A stretch of DNA of 63,982 nucleotides, the filler included, from Reticulomyxa filosa (lineage: Eukaryota; Protista; Foraminifera), in assembly GCA_000512085.1 (NCBI GenBank). It is 5 parts of 5 records of this genome, joined end to end, with 100 filler letters (N's around TTAATTAATTAA, not from the genome) between each part and the next. Parts side by side here need not be neighbours in the genome. Positions count along the whole stretch, not along the records: positions 27,006 to 56,042 come from ASPP01001515.1; 4 more parts are not named here. One strand, written 5' to 3'. The translations under genes and the position numbers were made by a program. Shown here piece after piece: positions 35,692 to 49,576 of this stretch. How positions within the stretch are numbered: position 1 is the first letter of the stretch; every line of letters begins with the position of its first letter. The notes under the pieces are model-generated. The model was not told the origin of the DNA and ran no database searches. It saw only the letters and a list, made by a program, of their open reading frames with translations.

Positions 35692-38600
35692 CTATTTATG
35701 ATCCGAACCATTATCAATTTGAGTGGCCACAACCGGTACATCACTGTGAACATTCTCTATTTCCATTTGGGGAAAATATTGCACCTTTGGTGTGATCGCG
35801 ATTGGTGAGATTTGCTCATTTAGCTCTTGTGATTCGGGAATACTGGAGCTTTCCATTAAACTTATGTCTCGATACGAAAATTGGCTTGGTTCGTTGGAAA
35901 ATTTGTCATAATCTTTATGGCTACCCTGTTTTTCTTTTATGTAAAATGACTTGCCCCAATCTGCAAGAGCGATAGTTTGGTCATCTTTTTTTTCTTTGCC
36001 AAGCAAATCGCCCGTAGTGTTGGTAGACATTGGTAAAGCGGCCAAAGCATGGGCATTGAATATCTTGCTGTTTTCCTTCTGACAATATAAATATTGTTTT
36101 GTTTCAAGTGTGGTCATTAATTTTTTGCTCTCATCAAAATATTTTCTTTGACCCTTACTCTCTAAGAAAAAAGAAATGTCACGCAGCTGTCTTGAAACAA
36201 GGTGGCTGTACTGCATATTTTTTCATGTGATTCCAGATTAAATCCCAATGTAACGTGACTCCAATTTGAAAGTATTCACCTAGTCTCTCTTTGTCCTTTT
36301 CGTTTTGAGGGTAAAGCATTCGAAACAGCATCTCCAGGGTTACTACACCTAATTTTTCAAAATGTCGTTTATACAATCTTTGCATTTGAATTTCATCCAG
36401 CCACTGATCAAACTGTCCAAGGAAAGGGTAACAAAAAGAAAGTGTTTTTCTTTTCTGTCTTTTCGATCTTTCTAGCCGACAAGAAAAAAATAAATAAATA
36501 AGGTGTTCCTCCAAACTTCTTTCATTGCCGATTGCAGATCTTGGATTTGCAGCCAAATCCTTCTCCGATGAAATTTGGCGATAATTCCAATGTCAAGTAG
36601 ATCCTGTTCTGATGTGATTGTGTTCAGCAAACTGATATCTGCTATTTCGGCTTTCTGAAATAATTCCAAGTATTGTCCTAAGTTGCATTCTTCGTTCAGC
36701 CACACAGCAAACTATTCAACCCAAAGTGCCGAAAGAGACATACAAATTGCCGCTTTGCGCGTGATCGCATCCACAAAGCAAACAACAAACGAAAACCCTT
36801 CTCCTTTCACCAACCGCTTCGTTTCTAGAATTGACCACTTTGTTGAATGAAGGTTTCGACACAGAGGGAGGTTTGACAGGAACATTCTGAGGAGCAGCCA
36901 AGTGATTGTTCACACCTGATTATATTATCAAAACAAATTAATATTCCCCCCCCCCCCCCCACATTCAAATATAGACAAAACCAAACAAAAAATTTGCAAA
37001 TACGTTTGTTTGTAGTGGAGTCATTTTTTTTTCTTTTCTCTTTTTTTTCTGTCTTATGAGTTATAACTATATGACTTTGGTCTTGGTACTTGATGAATGT
37101 CATGATCTAGAAAGTGTGAGGAAGATTTCGAGCTGGACAATTCGTTCGAACTCGAGGTTGAATTGGACTTGAACCGGAAATAGTCGGGGATATTTTCATT
37201 TTTCGGTGAATGATTGTTGGTAGACTCGGGCAAGGCGGAGAGGTCTTCATCCCCTTCCATTTCGAGTGGCTCATCATTTTGGACCCAATGGAGGCGGTAC
37301 TTGGGTTGGTAATCATTATCTTTATCATTTTCGGGCGCAACAAACGAAATTTCTTCCTCACAAAAAGAGGACTCTTCATGGTGGACATCATTTTCTTTTT
37401 GCTCATTTTTTTTCGCTTCGTCAGCGCGAGGTCGCGGAGGGTCGAGGCTTTGCGGACTGTAAACAAGGTTCCGTGGTGTATCATTCATCCAAAGTATAAA
37501 AAAGGAAAAAAAAGGGATCCAAATGTACAAGTACATAAAAAAGGAATATACTATATACACACCACATATGTATATATAAGCAAATAAATGTAAATGTACA
37601 TAAAATAACCCTTGCTCCTTTGCCAAGTTTCCTCCTCGCAATTGAATAAGTTGGTCGATTTCGTCGTGTAAAAAAAAGATTTGTGGAATGACGCTGTTAA
37701 ACTTAAAGGCGATGCTGATGTGGGATTTGGCTTGAGCAAAAGTCTTGCAGCTCCAAGTATATTTTGGACAGATAAAAGTAGCCCATGGCCCATTTGGGTC
37801 TTCTTTCGATCAAGAGCGTAAACTGCTCTTTCGCGGCGGGGTACTCTTTTTTGTTGTACAAGTGCACTCCGTACAAGTAGACAAACGTGGACAAAGACTT
37901 GTCGATGATCAACGGATGCCAGTTCACTTCGCTGGGGACATTGTGGTTAAGCTTTTCAAACAGTTTGCTGGCGTCTTTCAGCCGTCGAACACTGGAATAA
38001 TAGAAGGCACGAATGCACTCGCGGTACCACGCATTGCTCAATGTTACGCGATTCTTTTGATCCAACTTGATTTGTTTCAGCCGCTTCCAGTGTTTCTGGG
38101 CTTCCTTGGCGTTGTTGTCATCCAGCGCTAACAGCACCTGTTCGCTTCTCCCCAATAGCGAATTCGGCATCACATGTAACAAAATTTTAAGGTGCTGTTG
38201 TGACGAATCAAATGAACCCAGTTCCCTTTTTTTTTTTTTTTTTTTGAAAGAGATCAAAAAAAAAGTAATAAACTTTTGGACAAATCTTTGTTTCGAAATA
38301 ACAGAGAACAAACACAGCAATAGTATAAACAATAAAAAAAAAACCTGTATGTCTTTGCCAATAGCCAATGAGCGTAGGAGAAAGTAATATAGTCCTTTCC
38401 TTGAGATATTTTGGCAAGCAGTAGACAACAACGACGCACTGAATCCCAACGGCAAGAAAAATAGTGAAACGACGTTAGATCCAAAAGCAGCTGTACATTG
38501 GTTGGTGATATACGTTGCGCTTCGCGGTAGCAACTTTTTGCAACTTCCCATTGCTTATATTGAAGTGCTAACAAGGCTTTCACGCGCAATAACTATGTCC

Positions 38601-39354
38601 GTCCCCCCCCCAAAAAAAAAAATTTATTTTTACTTTTATTTTTTAATGTGAACAGTGTGATCGTTTTTAACTGTCATGTTCTTATTATTAGTTTGCATTC
38701 CTTTTTCAACCCATTTTTGGGCGGCCTCCCATTTGCCTTGATTGCAATAAGCCAATGCAAGGTTTCCAATTAGTTCCACTTTTGTTTCTTGGTCTCCCCG
38801 TGGCGCTACTCCATGTGTACGTATGTGCATGCATATGTTGTATTGTGCCAAAGACGACACAGTAACAAAAAAATTTTTAATTTCCTTCCCTCCTTTTTCT
38901 TCGTTTCTTCGAAAAGTTTGGTTTGATTTTTTTTTCTTTGGTGATTGTTTTTTTAACTCACACCTCATCACCTTTATGGTTGACTAAATGCATCTCCTAC
39001 CGTATTGAACTGCTTTCATCGCGTGATCAAGAACCTTGTCCAGTTCTTGGATACAATCATATGCCGCCGAAATCAATTTGTGGTATTTGTAAAAGGTTGG
39101 GTGTTTCAACAGTTCCTTTTGTAATTCTCGAATTGCCCGTTTAAACTTGCCTCGGTGTAGTAAATCTCCCACTTTCTCCAATTTTTCTAAGTTTGCCAAG
39201 CGTTTTGTTTTTTAACTTTGTCGCCTCACAATTTTGAACACTAGCTAGTAGAACAGAGCTCAACACCTGGAGCGTCTTCAGGGACGAAGTATCTACCTTC
39301 GTGTCTCAATGGTTTAACACCTTGTTCTTTCGATTTTTTCTTAAAAATATTCAT
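35692..39354 (-). CDS. Multi-exon TPR-repeat protein with two SAM domains
   Basis: TPR helices (NLALAYCNQGKWEAAQKWVEKGM; ALLALQYKQWEVAKSCYREAQRISP; YGVHLYNKKEYPAAKEQF); SAM WLNEECNLGQYLELFQKAEI..DLLDIGIIAKFHRRRI and a second FDQWLDEIQMQRLYKRHFEKLGV. The single-gene join is inferred. Confidence 0.75.
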
Positions 39355-39763
39355 TCTTACCAATTGAAAACCAAAATAGAATACAGAATATGACAAAATG
39401 TTTGTTTTTGCGTCTTTGACCTTTCCTTATTTTTATTTCTTAAAAGTCTGTTAAATCCATGAAGTGTCACCGTTTTAAAATTTATTTTGCTGAAACTCTT
39501 ATATACAAAATTGCTGGAGTAAAAAAAATAGCAATTTCTTTGCTGTTAAAATAGATATTTATAATTTAGAGAGTATAAACTAGGAATACTTTCAATACTT
39601 ACATTGTACATTTTTTTCAAATAAGAATTAAAATAAGCAAATAAAAATAAAATTTCACATAAAAAAGGAAATAGCTGACGGAGCTACGTATGAGTAAGAA
39701 AAAGCACGAAAACAGTTTTACTGTTCTTGTTAACCAAATTGTGTGAAAATTTGAAAAGAGATA

Positions 39764-42700
39764 ATGACTGAATTAGAGCAAAACATTGAAGTGGCTATCC
39801 GTTGCAGGCCTTTTCTTCCGTAGGATTTTTGTTTTTCAATAAATACTAAGTAAATAATTGATCATACAGTTGTTATGTTTTATAAACAATAAAAACAAAT
39901 TATGATCAGATCAGAGAAGCCACAAGCAGGAGTTGCAATCAAAGATAATTCTGTGGTTGTTTATTCAAGAGAAACGGTACAAAAAAACTAGGCCTTTTTT
40001 TTTATGTAACAATAATGTTTGCACTGACTCTCTTACAAAAAAAGGAGTTTATCTTCGATCATGTCTTCAACGCGGATGCGACTCAAGAGGATGTTTTTGA
40101 AACAACAAAACACGTTTTAGACAATGTTGCGTTTTTTTTCCCGACGTCATGTTGTTTATATTTTTGCTTTTTTCATACACGTGATCTATAAACAATGTAT
40201 CTTGCGTATACGTATGTGCTTTTTCCGGCAGACTTTAAAAGGGATCAATGGTTGTATATTCGCCTACGGCCAAACAAGCTCTGGGAAAACATACACGATG
40301 TTTGGCGAAGAAGGATTGAACGATAAAAGGGGAGTTATTCCACGAGCAATCGACTATATTTTTGAGAATGTAGAGCAAGTGGTGCCAGATGAAAGAGTTT
40401 GCAACTTACATACATATATTTTTTTTTCATTAAAAAATCTTTAGCCTAAAAAAAAATGGCATTGTAAATACAGATGACAGGATCCACAGAAGTTGCGCAT
40501 TTGATATGTCTCCGATGCATGGAGATATACAACGAAACCGTTTTCGATATGTTGGTAGCGCAAGATCTCCGAAAACCTTTGGTTGCTAAAAAATGTTTTA
40601 TCCTTGCACAATTTTTTCAGAAGCAAAAAAAAACTTTTGTTAGCAAGTCAGTACTTTTTTTTTTTGTCTACTGACTCCTTTCTTTCTTTAGAAAACACGA
40701 GAAAGTCGAAATCGAATGTTTCATGTGCCCGGTTTATCCTCAGTGGTTTGCAACTCGCGTGAAAAGTTGCTGGAACTGATTTCAAAAGCAATGTCCAACA
40801 GGATGGTCGCTCTCACCGATAAAAACGACGAGTCATCTCGTTCTCATGTCTTAATTACTATTTCCATTGAGTATATCGTGAAAACGAGAGAAGGGGAATT
40901 GGAGCCGACTTGTCGCAAGGCGAAACTTACGTTGGTCGACTTAGCGGGTAGTGAAAGGCTCCAAGAGCAATCGATTGCACTTCAGTACGTACCAAAAATG
41001 TATACGTATACAATTTTGTTTATTGACTTAAATGTTTTTGCCTTCTTTTTTTTTTTCTTCGTTTGCACGTATGACTTGCACACATACACTCCATGCAGAA
41101 AAGAATCGATAAAGATTAATCAATCATTACATTGTTTGGCACTCGTTATTTCCGAATTGGTTAACAATAATCTGCAAAAAAAAGGAAGTCACAAAAACAA
41201 GCCTTTTTATGTATAAAAAAACAAAATAGGCAAAGATGTCGAATAAAAACGAGATTCAAAAAAAAAAAACTTTTATTCCGTATCGCAACAGTACATTGAC
41301 TCGATTGCTGAAAGACTGTTTGGGTGGAAACACCCAAACAGTGATGATTGCGAGCATAAATCCATGCGCCACACACGCAGAGGAAACTTTAAGTACTTTG
41401 GTATGCTTGTAATTTTTTTTCTTCAAAGCCACTTTCAAACGCTTAATGAAATGAAAACTTTTTTATTTGCTAACAATACAGAGGTATGCCGCGCGTGCAC
41501 AAGATATTCAAAATAAGCCGATCATTAATCAGGGTACGTTTTGCTTCCAATTACTTGTTTAAAAAATTGCAAAAAATTAATGAACTCATGAAAAAAAGAA
41601 GGTGTGTTACAGACCCCAAAGACATGATGATTTTAAAACTTCAACACGAAATCGAAGAACTGAAAAAAAAGATCACTGAGCAGCGCACAGCCCAATTTGA
41701 CACGGCCATCGTTATTAACATTTTTTTGTTTTTTGTTTTTCAATTTGGTTAGACGCTTCCGCTTTTCTGCTCTTTGAAAACAATACAGATGCAACGACGT
41801 CTTATCGCTTTAAAGAATTCTTTTGTTAGACACAAAAACCCCAAATGGAAAGCGTTGTCAACAACAGTTAAAAAACAACGTTTTCATCTCTACACTATAA
41901 TTAGCGCTATTTTCCCTCAAAACAATTGCTTTTTCCCATTAGGCGTCCAAGAATCAGCATAATTTTGAATTTCCTGAATTCTCAAAAAGTGTCCCCAACG
42001 AAAAAGAGCAACAAGCCCCCCTGGAACTTCAAGAAGACTTGGCTGTTCTTCGGTTCGATGAAAATTTTGAACGCGAAACAAAAGAAAAAGGAATAGTAAC
42101 ATTGTTTTCGCCTTTACGGTACAGTTTTGCGGCCCCACAGCCGATAAAGCTTCACATAGATGATTCTCCAGGAAAAAAGACATTCCAATGTTTCTCCATT
42201 TCTTCACCCGTGGGACAAGGTCTAAGAAATGCGCTCCTACAAATAAAACATGAACTAGTAAGCATTAAAATGCTATCCCTAGTTGCAAAACAGAGCATTG
42301 CCAAATTAGAAGACTTCTTTAAAGTTTTGGTTGCGCTTTACATGTATACGCAAAGATTAAAAAACATGTCTTTGTGAATTTTAAATAGAGCCAAATGGAA
42401 CTGAGTGCAAGCATAGGCAAGTTTCATTTTGTTATGAAAAACCAACAAAAAAGTAAAGAAACAAACAATATTTCTTTGCAAACTTGCACAACAAAAGAAA
42501 TGACAATCTCTTGGAAACAAGAATATATTGAAACTTGTAAGGCAATTGCAAAAGAACTACACGACTACGATTTTTTGTTGTGTGCTGTCACCGAAGAGTT
42601 CAAGCAAGCGACACAAAAAAACCCAAGTGAAAGTACTAAATTAGGAAATGAAAAAACAAATGCGGTGCCCTGTTTTAGCCAAACAAATAAAAGGAATTTG

Positions 42701-42895
42701 GCCAGATTGCTCCAAATCGAATTAACAGCCAGTACCCGAGAGGGGCCACTTTTTTCAGAAGAGAACGCAAATCCAAATTACGTTGAAACAACCGACATAA
42801 TCTTATTTTCATCAAATGTAATAAATTTTTTCTATTGGATTGGTGCCTTACTTTTTAGCTGTTGTCACCAAACGAATAAAGCAAAAACATTGTGA
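39764..42895 (+). CDS. N-terminal motor kinesin with coiled-coil tail
   Basis: [17 protein letters not shown]-loop [13 protein letters not shown], switch I NDESSRSH, switch [41 protein letters not shown]. Confidence 0.93.
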
Positions 42896-43682
42896 TGCTA
42901 TTGCTTGCTTTCTTAATCGTTCTCCAAATTGTTCCTTCATTTCGTTTTACATGGAAATTGTCAAAATGTGAAAATTTAGCTTTGGCAATGGCATGATGAT
43001 TTGAGAATATTTGGTGGAATGATTGCTGAAATGATTCTGTTGTTTCTTCGTTTTTTAAGAGTTTCTTGGTGAAAATGTCAACATAATAAAAGTTATTTTT
43101 TTGTAACAGAACATTAACGTTGAAAATTGAACTGCTCTTTTTAACTTTTTTCAAATGATCACATTTTTCGTGGTGATGATTATATTTTTAAATTATCATA
43201 ATATGTATTCATTATTAGTTGCAATCAAACTCCAGAAACTCACCTGTTTGTATTCAAGCAAAACTAAATTCATATTTACAACGAAAACAAAATTCTTTCT
43301 GTATTTTCTAAAACATATTTTTAGATTTTTTGATTTGACAAACAGAAGAGCAAAAATTTGCGTTTTAATATATACAAGACCAATACAAAAATAAATAAGA
43401 AAAACCAATTGAGTTACTTTTTTATTCCAAAAGGAATAAAGACAAAACTAATAAAAATAGGAAACATTACAATATTGCTGATGTATTCCTACAAATAGTT
43501 GATTAATAAGAAGGTGTTACATTTGTTTAAATTTTTGCAAAGTGCAGATATTGTTTGTAGGGTCAATTTATATGTGAATCATCTTTGAGACTGCACGATC
43601 TGACAAACTTGAGTGTGTCCCTTGCTCTCAGAAATTGAGTTTTCAAAAATGGGGTCAGGCACCTCTTTTTAAAAATTAGCAG

Positions 43683-44967
43683 ATGTTTTCTATTTTTCCG
43701 TTCTTAGGAGCGGCTGTGTTTGATTCTGCGATTGCACATAGGCATCATCATAGACCCCTTGGTTTTGCAAAGTACGACAACCCGATTTACTTCAGCCGAA
43801 GTGTAGTATGGATAGCATGTGGAATAATTATTCAAGTTCCCACCATCTATCTGGTGTTGAACACGTACAAGTTTATGTGTACACCAGTTGCATCGGCTCA
43901 TGATGGTCGTGTGGCTTTATCGCACAATACGCGGCAGAACGCAATATGGACCGCCTTCGCGTACGTCGTCACTAGTAATTTGGCGTGTCTTTTTGGGATA
44001 GTAGAGAATGAGGTGATAGGCATTGGTCTGTTCGCTTCCATTCCGTACGAATTAACGGTGGCAATATCGCGAGAGTTATTTTATGTTGTGATTGTATCCC
44101 GTTTGATGATAAGTTTGAAGTCAAGCACGTTTCAGTACTCCAATCGCATCTACATTTTTTTTGGTGTCCTTATGGTGATCCAATTGGTGTTATATTTGAC
44201 CTACATCATCTTTTCGTATTATATAAGGCGCGGTTTCAATTATGACAATATCGGCAACGTTGTCTTGACCTATCTTTGCATTGACGTATTCATGATCATT
44301 TTGTCCATGTACCTATTCGCAAGAGCACTGATTGAGATCGTTGCCCATTTCGATCCAACGTATGTACCCTTCTAAAAAAATAAAATCAAATAGTGGAGTC
44401 ATACATATATGTATACACGTGTATACATTTTTTTTGGAGAAGAAGAGAAAGGGAAGGAAACAATGAATTTTTTTTTTTTTTGCTTCTTTTTAAATGTATA
44501 GTATTGTCACTTTATCTCAAGTTGCAAGTATGTCTGATCAAACACAAGCGAATAAGAATTTTGAGTTTCCTGAAAATCAGATGCAGTTGTTGCGTGTGAT
44601 GACAAAGAACACGGTACTGACGACATCCGCCTTGGTGGTCAGTCTACTGTTTAATGCCTCGTGGATATATTGGGAGTATACAAATGTCGAATTGGAGTCG
44701 TTTGGTGTGCTGCTCAATTATTACAATATCTCCATCGTTGTCAATGCTATTTGTGTGGTTCTGTCCTTTTCATTCGCGTCGAAATACTATCGTTTTTTCT
44801 GCCAATGGAAATTGTCCAGTCATAACAATCGACATTGCAGCTTCCATACATGCTGCTTTACTTTTTTCAAATATATTGCTGTTGTTCGCTACAAACACAT
44901 CAACTTCAAAAATATGGAAGCTGTTGAACTAGAATTAAAGGCTGCTAGCTCCTTGTCCACAGAGTGA
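43683..44967 (+). CDS. 7TM GPCR-like membrane protein (same family as 29360-30383)
   Basis: Five helices in exon 1 and two in exon 2; TM7 ISIVVNAICVVLSFSFASKYYRFFC parallels VNCSAILLTFRFSQRWYNSLC. Confidence 0.7.
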
Positions 44968-45298
44968 TGCTTTTTCTTTTTTGAGTAATTGTGTATTTAT
45001 GTGTGTTGAGAGTTTAAGAATCGTCCATAATATAATAATAATAACAGTTGTTTATTCTCAGAATGATCGCTTCATTTTACATTGTGCATAAAGGATAGTG
45101 TCAGTCTTTTTCCACTTTATTCTTGTTTCAAGTCCCAGACAAACTCTGCAATTTTCTCGATAAATTTTCCTTTTTCAGTTGTTTAACAAATTTAAAACAT
45201 GAAATGAAACTCTTGCAACTATTAAAAAAGAATTTAGAAACAGCTTTTTTTTGTTGGTCTCCCGAAATACTTTGCTGTTTTTACATAACAAATTGCAA

Positions 45299-45704
45299 AT
45301 GTCGAAGGAAGTAAAGGACCTCATTTCTGACAAGAGGCTTGTTTTACTGGGACAACATTTGGGGATGTTAATTTACTGAGATTTGCAGTTTCTGACTTTT
45401 GTTGACCTTACAGATCATGCGGCTGCAGATGCGTTTCATGCACTTGTGATCCGTCTTGCCAGTTGAGTTGTGATTTGAGTTTTTTTTTCCTGAAATGAAA
45501 ATGTCAAATCTGGCATGCAATAGATGTTGTACCTGTGGACCAAGTTGCAACTGTCTTAAAGCGAATGGAGGATTATTTGATTCAGTAATGTTTGGAAGCG
45601 TTGCTCTTCATTCAATCATTTGTCTGGTCGCCGGGATTGGGATTGGTGTTATGTTTGGAAAGACATGTATGGACAAAACCGAACCAAAAAAAACCCTATT
45701 TTGA
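45299..45704 (+). CDS. Small metallothionein-like Cys-cluster protein with C-terminal TM helix (3 exons)
   Basis: Exons 45299-45366, 45414-45461 and 45524-45704 join in phase via GT-AG introns: ..SCGCRCVSCTCDPSCQCCTCGPSCNCLKANGG..IICLVAGIGIGVMFGK.. Confidence 0.6.
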
Positions 45705-46488
45705 TGTCCTTGAACTGTGCAATACACTTTAAAATTTTTAATGCCTTCTAGTTTTTGAATGGCAAACACTTTTTTAGTAAAGCGGGCCCGAATTGTTTTT
45801 TTGCTTCGTTTTATTTTTGGCTTAGTTATTTTAATTTATTTTTAGATCGTCAAAACATCTTGTTTGGACGCACTGTTTGAAACATTTTTGATTCAGTTTC
45901 ACAGCAATAACTTTTACACATTTCAAGCTAACAATTTGTGAATTGTGAGCGTTTTTCCATTTTTAGTTTAAAAACATTAGAATTACCTTCGAAAAATTTT
46001 AAAAGAATTCATTAGTTTTAAACTTTGGTAAGTTTCCATGTTATGGATCGCTTCTGCTATCCCAGGTCATGTTTATCCACAAACTAGAAAGGTTCGTACA
46101 AAAATCATAAAAATATTTTACTTCAGTTTGTGAAACTTCATACACAAGTGAAACTATTGTAAATTATGGTAGTTTTGTAATAGAATTATTTATTATTTGT
46201 GGGTAAATTTGCAGATAATTATTATACAAAACAAATTGGATTTACCTAAAAAATTCGAATAAAAAAAAATAATTCAATGATATTATTTACTAATGTTTGA
46301 GTTAACATGTAACAACTTATAGTAAATATTAAATATACAATGGAGATGTGCTTATTAAGTGAAAACTAAAGTCTTTTTTGAAAAGTAGTATGTCACTTGA
46401 GACTAATCGCAAACTGATTAAAAAATTATATTAACTGGCTGTCAACGTTCTTGAAGGAAAAGTTCGAGCCATAAATCTAAAAAGCAAG

Positions 46489-49336
46489 ATGAGGGCAGTA
46501 GAAATGGGAAATCCAATGTTTATTATTCAAACGTGTTTCATAATTGTGTATTCAGCGTACCGTCAGTTTGTGTATGGACGACCATACTTTACAACGTGCA
46601 TATTTTTGATTGGCGGAGCAATGTTTTGGGTATCGGGTTATTTGTTGTTGTTTCCCCCAAATAATGTATTTTCGAAATTGTCGAAGAGCAGCTATGGAAT
46701 GATGTATCCAGCATCGAACATTTTGCCTTATCAAACAATAGTACACATTGGATTATTCATGTTGGGATCGCTGTCGTACTGGAAAGCCCGAAATTTACTG
46801 GGTTTTTGCATGTCAAAAATGGGATGTTTCTATTTGATATGGCATAGTGGGGCACATTTATTCTTGTCGATTTATCATTTCTATGTCCACGGATGGCAGC
46901 AACATTATGTGCACACCTTCGCAATAGTCTTCAATCTGTGGTTTTTGGTACCAGCAATTATCGGTTGAGTGAACGCAAATGAGTCCTTTCAAAGCTGCAT
47001 TTCTGTGAATATTACCAAAGCATATGCATATGTGACATCAATAAATATAAATACAAATATATGTAAACAAAAAAAGGATATTATTACACCACGAAAGAAA
47101 AAGTCGAAAGTCATCAGATATCATTTCACTATAAATATCCAATCATTTCAATCAATTATCTGTTCTTTGAGAGACAAGACATTGAAATGAAGTCCAAAAA
47201 AACAGCGCATAAAAACAAGGCAAGATATTTGAAGGCAGTTCAAAAAAGCTCGGAATTGAATTTTGTGTCAAACAGAAAACTCGAACATGAAAGTGACAGC
47301 GATGACAATGACGACGGTGATGATGATAATCTTGACAACAATGATAACGACGAATCGATCGAAATGCAGCCTTTGAAATCGAATGTGTCGAGATGGGAAG
47401 AGGACGAAAGCAAGGACGCAGAATGCGACAGGGGGCGAAGAGGGAAAGAGATGAAAAGAAACAAAGAAGAAGAAGAAGAAGAAGAGGAATGTTTGGTGGA
47501 TAAACAGCAGCAATATTGGTGCACCATTATTTACATATGCGTATTTGCGGAAATGCTATGGTTTATACTTTACATGTTACTCGTGCTGATTCATCATTGG
47601 ACAGCATTGCGCAATTCATTTGAAGGCCACGCTTTGCAATTTACGCCCCAACATGGCGTGGCCTTCGGCGAGAGTCGTGTATTTTTTTTTTTATGGGACG
47701 ATGTCGCATCGGGTTGTGATTGGAAACCAAATATGCCATTAAGCGAGTGGTTTTCAGGTACAACTTTTTTTTTTTTTTTTGCCACATATACATATGTATA
47801 CGTATGTATACAACGAATGAAAAAAAAAGGCTATGTTGTTTCATTTACAATGGTATTCCATCGTGCATTTTTGACCTGCGTGGTGTACAATATCATATAT
47901 GATTGCAATTATATCAATGTACTGTATATTGCGTTTGGCAGCACATTGATGTGTTTGGGCCTGAACGCATCGTATCTGTTGTACATTGTCGTGAACATGG
48001 AATCGAAAGGATTTCCATTGATGTCTGCGTTGCTGATGTCATTGGAAATGTGTATCGAAGTGGCGACGCTGTATGCGACGTATCAATTGGTGCGATTATG
48101 CCCCCCTCCTCCTCGACTCAAGCATATTGAGCAACTGCGCCCACGGCTGTCCACGTTTCAATTCGCCGAATGGACGTGCCATTGGCCCCGATCTCTGTCG
48201 TGGTGCGTCAATGCGCATGCCACTGGCAATGGCGACCCAAGACAAGGCCACGTGTTCGTAGTAACCAACGGGATCACCGAACAGGGCAAAAGAGGGGCTT
48301 ATTTCATCAGTCTTGGGAGCGTGTTGCTGCTGGCATCGATGCTGGTCGAGACAATGCTGCTGTGCAGTGTGTACATTTGGCATATTTCACGTAACGAAGA
48401 TATGGTCATGGATTGGAATATCTTGAACGACCTGGTACTGTGGGGACTACATGCCTGTGCCATCTTTGTTTACATGACGATCCAAAGTGCACAGTTTCCC
48501 GATAGCTATGCGCGAACTTGCGCTTTGGGAGAACGCATTCAATTGGCAGGGATGCTCTTCTCTTTGCTGCAGATGTATTACGTTGTTCGACATGACACAA
48601 ATCGAACCCATCGACACTGGACCACCTGGGATCTCATGGCTGTCGTCTTTTGTGGACTCAAGTTTTTTTGGTATGCTATGGTGTGGTTCGGCTTTGGACG
48701 TCTTCAAGACATTCGCCCTTTCCGTGTGTCCACTGTACCGCATCAATTGGAAACAGAAGCTATGCTCAAAACTCGAAACAAATGTCTTTATTATATCGTC
48801 GCATATGCCGCTTTACTCTTCTTTTATATGGTCGCTTGCTTGCTGCAGTCCGAGTGGAATGGTGATTTGATCTCGCTTAATATGATCTCTCCTTCGCATA
48901 GCACGTTTCGCTTTTATACACATATATGTATACGTGTATATGTACTATGATTGAATTACCATTTGCGACTGACAATACACTTGATAGATTTTGCCAGTGG
49001 AATGTTTTAGGTGGACACACGCCTCTATTCGGATTGATGTTTCACAGTGGAATGCTTTTGATCATGTTTGTTTATGATGGTAGTGTGTCGCAGAGATGGG
49101 CCCCTACTAAAGATTTGGCCGTTACATTTTTATTGACTACCGGCTTGCTCATGGCGTGGCAATTGCTAAATTTGTACGTTTTTGGCGGCTACAAATACGT
49201 TCAAATGACGCACAGCTGGGTGCCGATTGTCATGCCCATACTTTGTATCCCTATCATCATTGTTACTTGTCGCTTGGCCTGTGTAATGATCACACTCGAA
49301 AATCTGTATGTGGATTTTCCTTCACTTTTTATTTGA
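46489..49336 (+). CDS. Multi-pass membrane protein, unknown family
   Basis: ORFs 46489, 47187 and 48926 carry many hydrophobic helices and an acidic loop (DDNDDGDDD, EEEEEEE). Some introns are read through in the ORF track. Confidence 0.6.
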
Positions 49337-49576
49337 CAAATCTGTCGTATCACTTGTTTTCATTCCCTTTTTTATTGTGACAAAAAATTACATGCCATCA
49401 AATATGGCCTCCGAAATATGTATTGTTCTACTATGCATTTTTTTTTGTAAATTTCGAACATATGCAGTAAATTCATATTTTTCATCTAATAAATATCTCT
49501 TTGCTTATTCAAACTTAGTTTGCTCAAAATGTTGAGTGGCTTTGGCTTGAGCAAAAAATGAGAACATTGCAACCAT

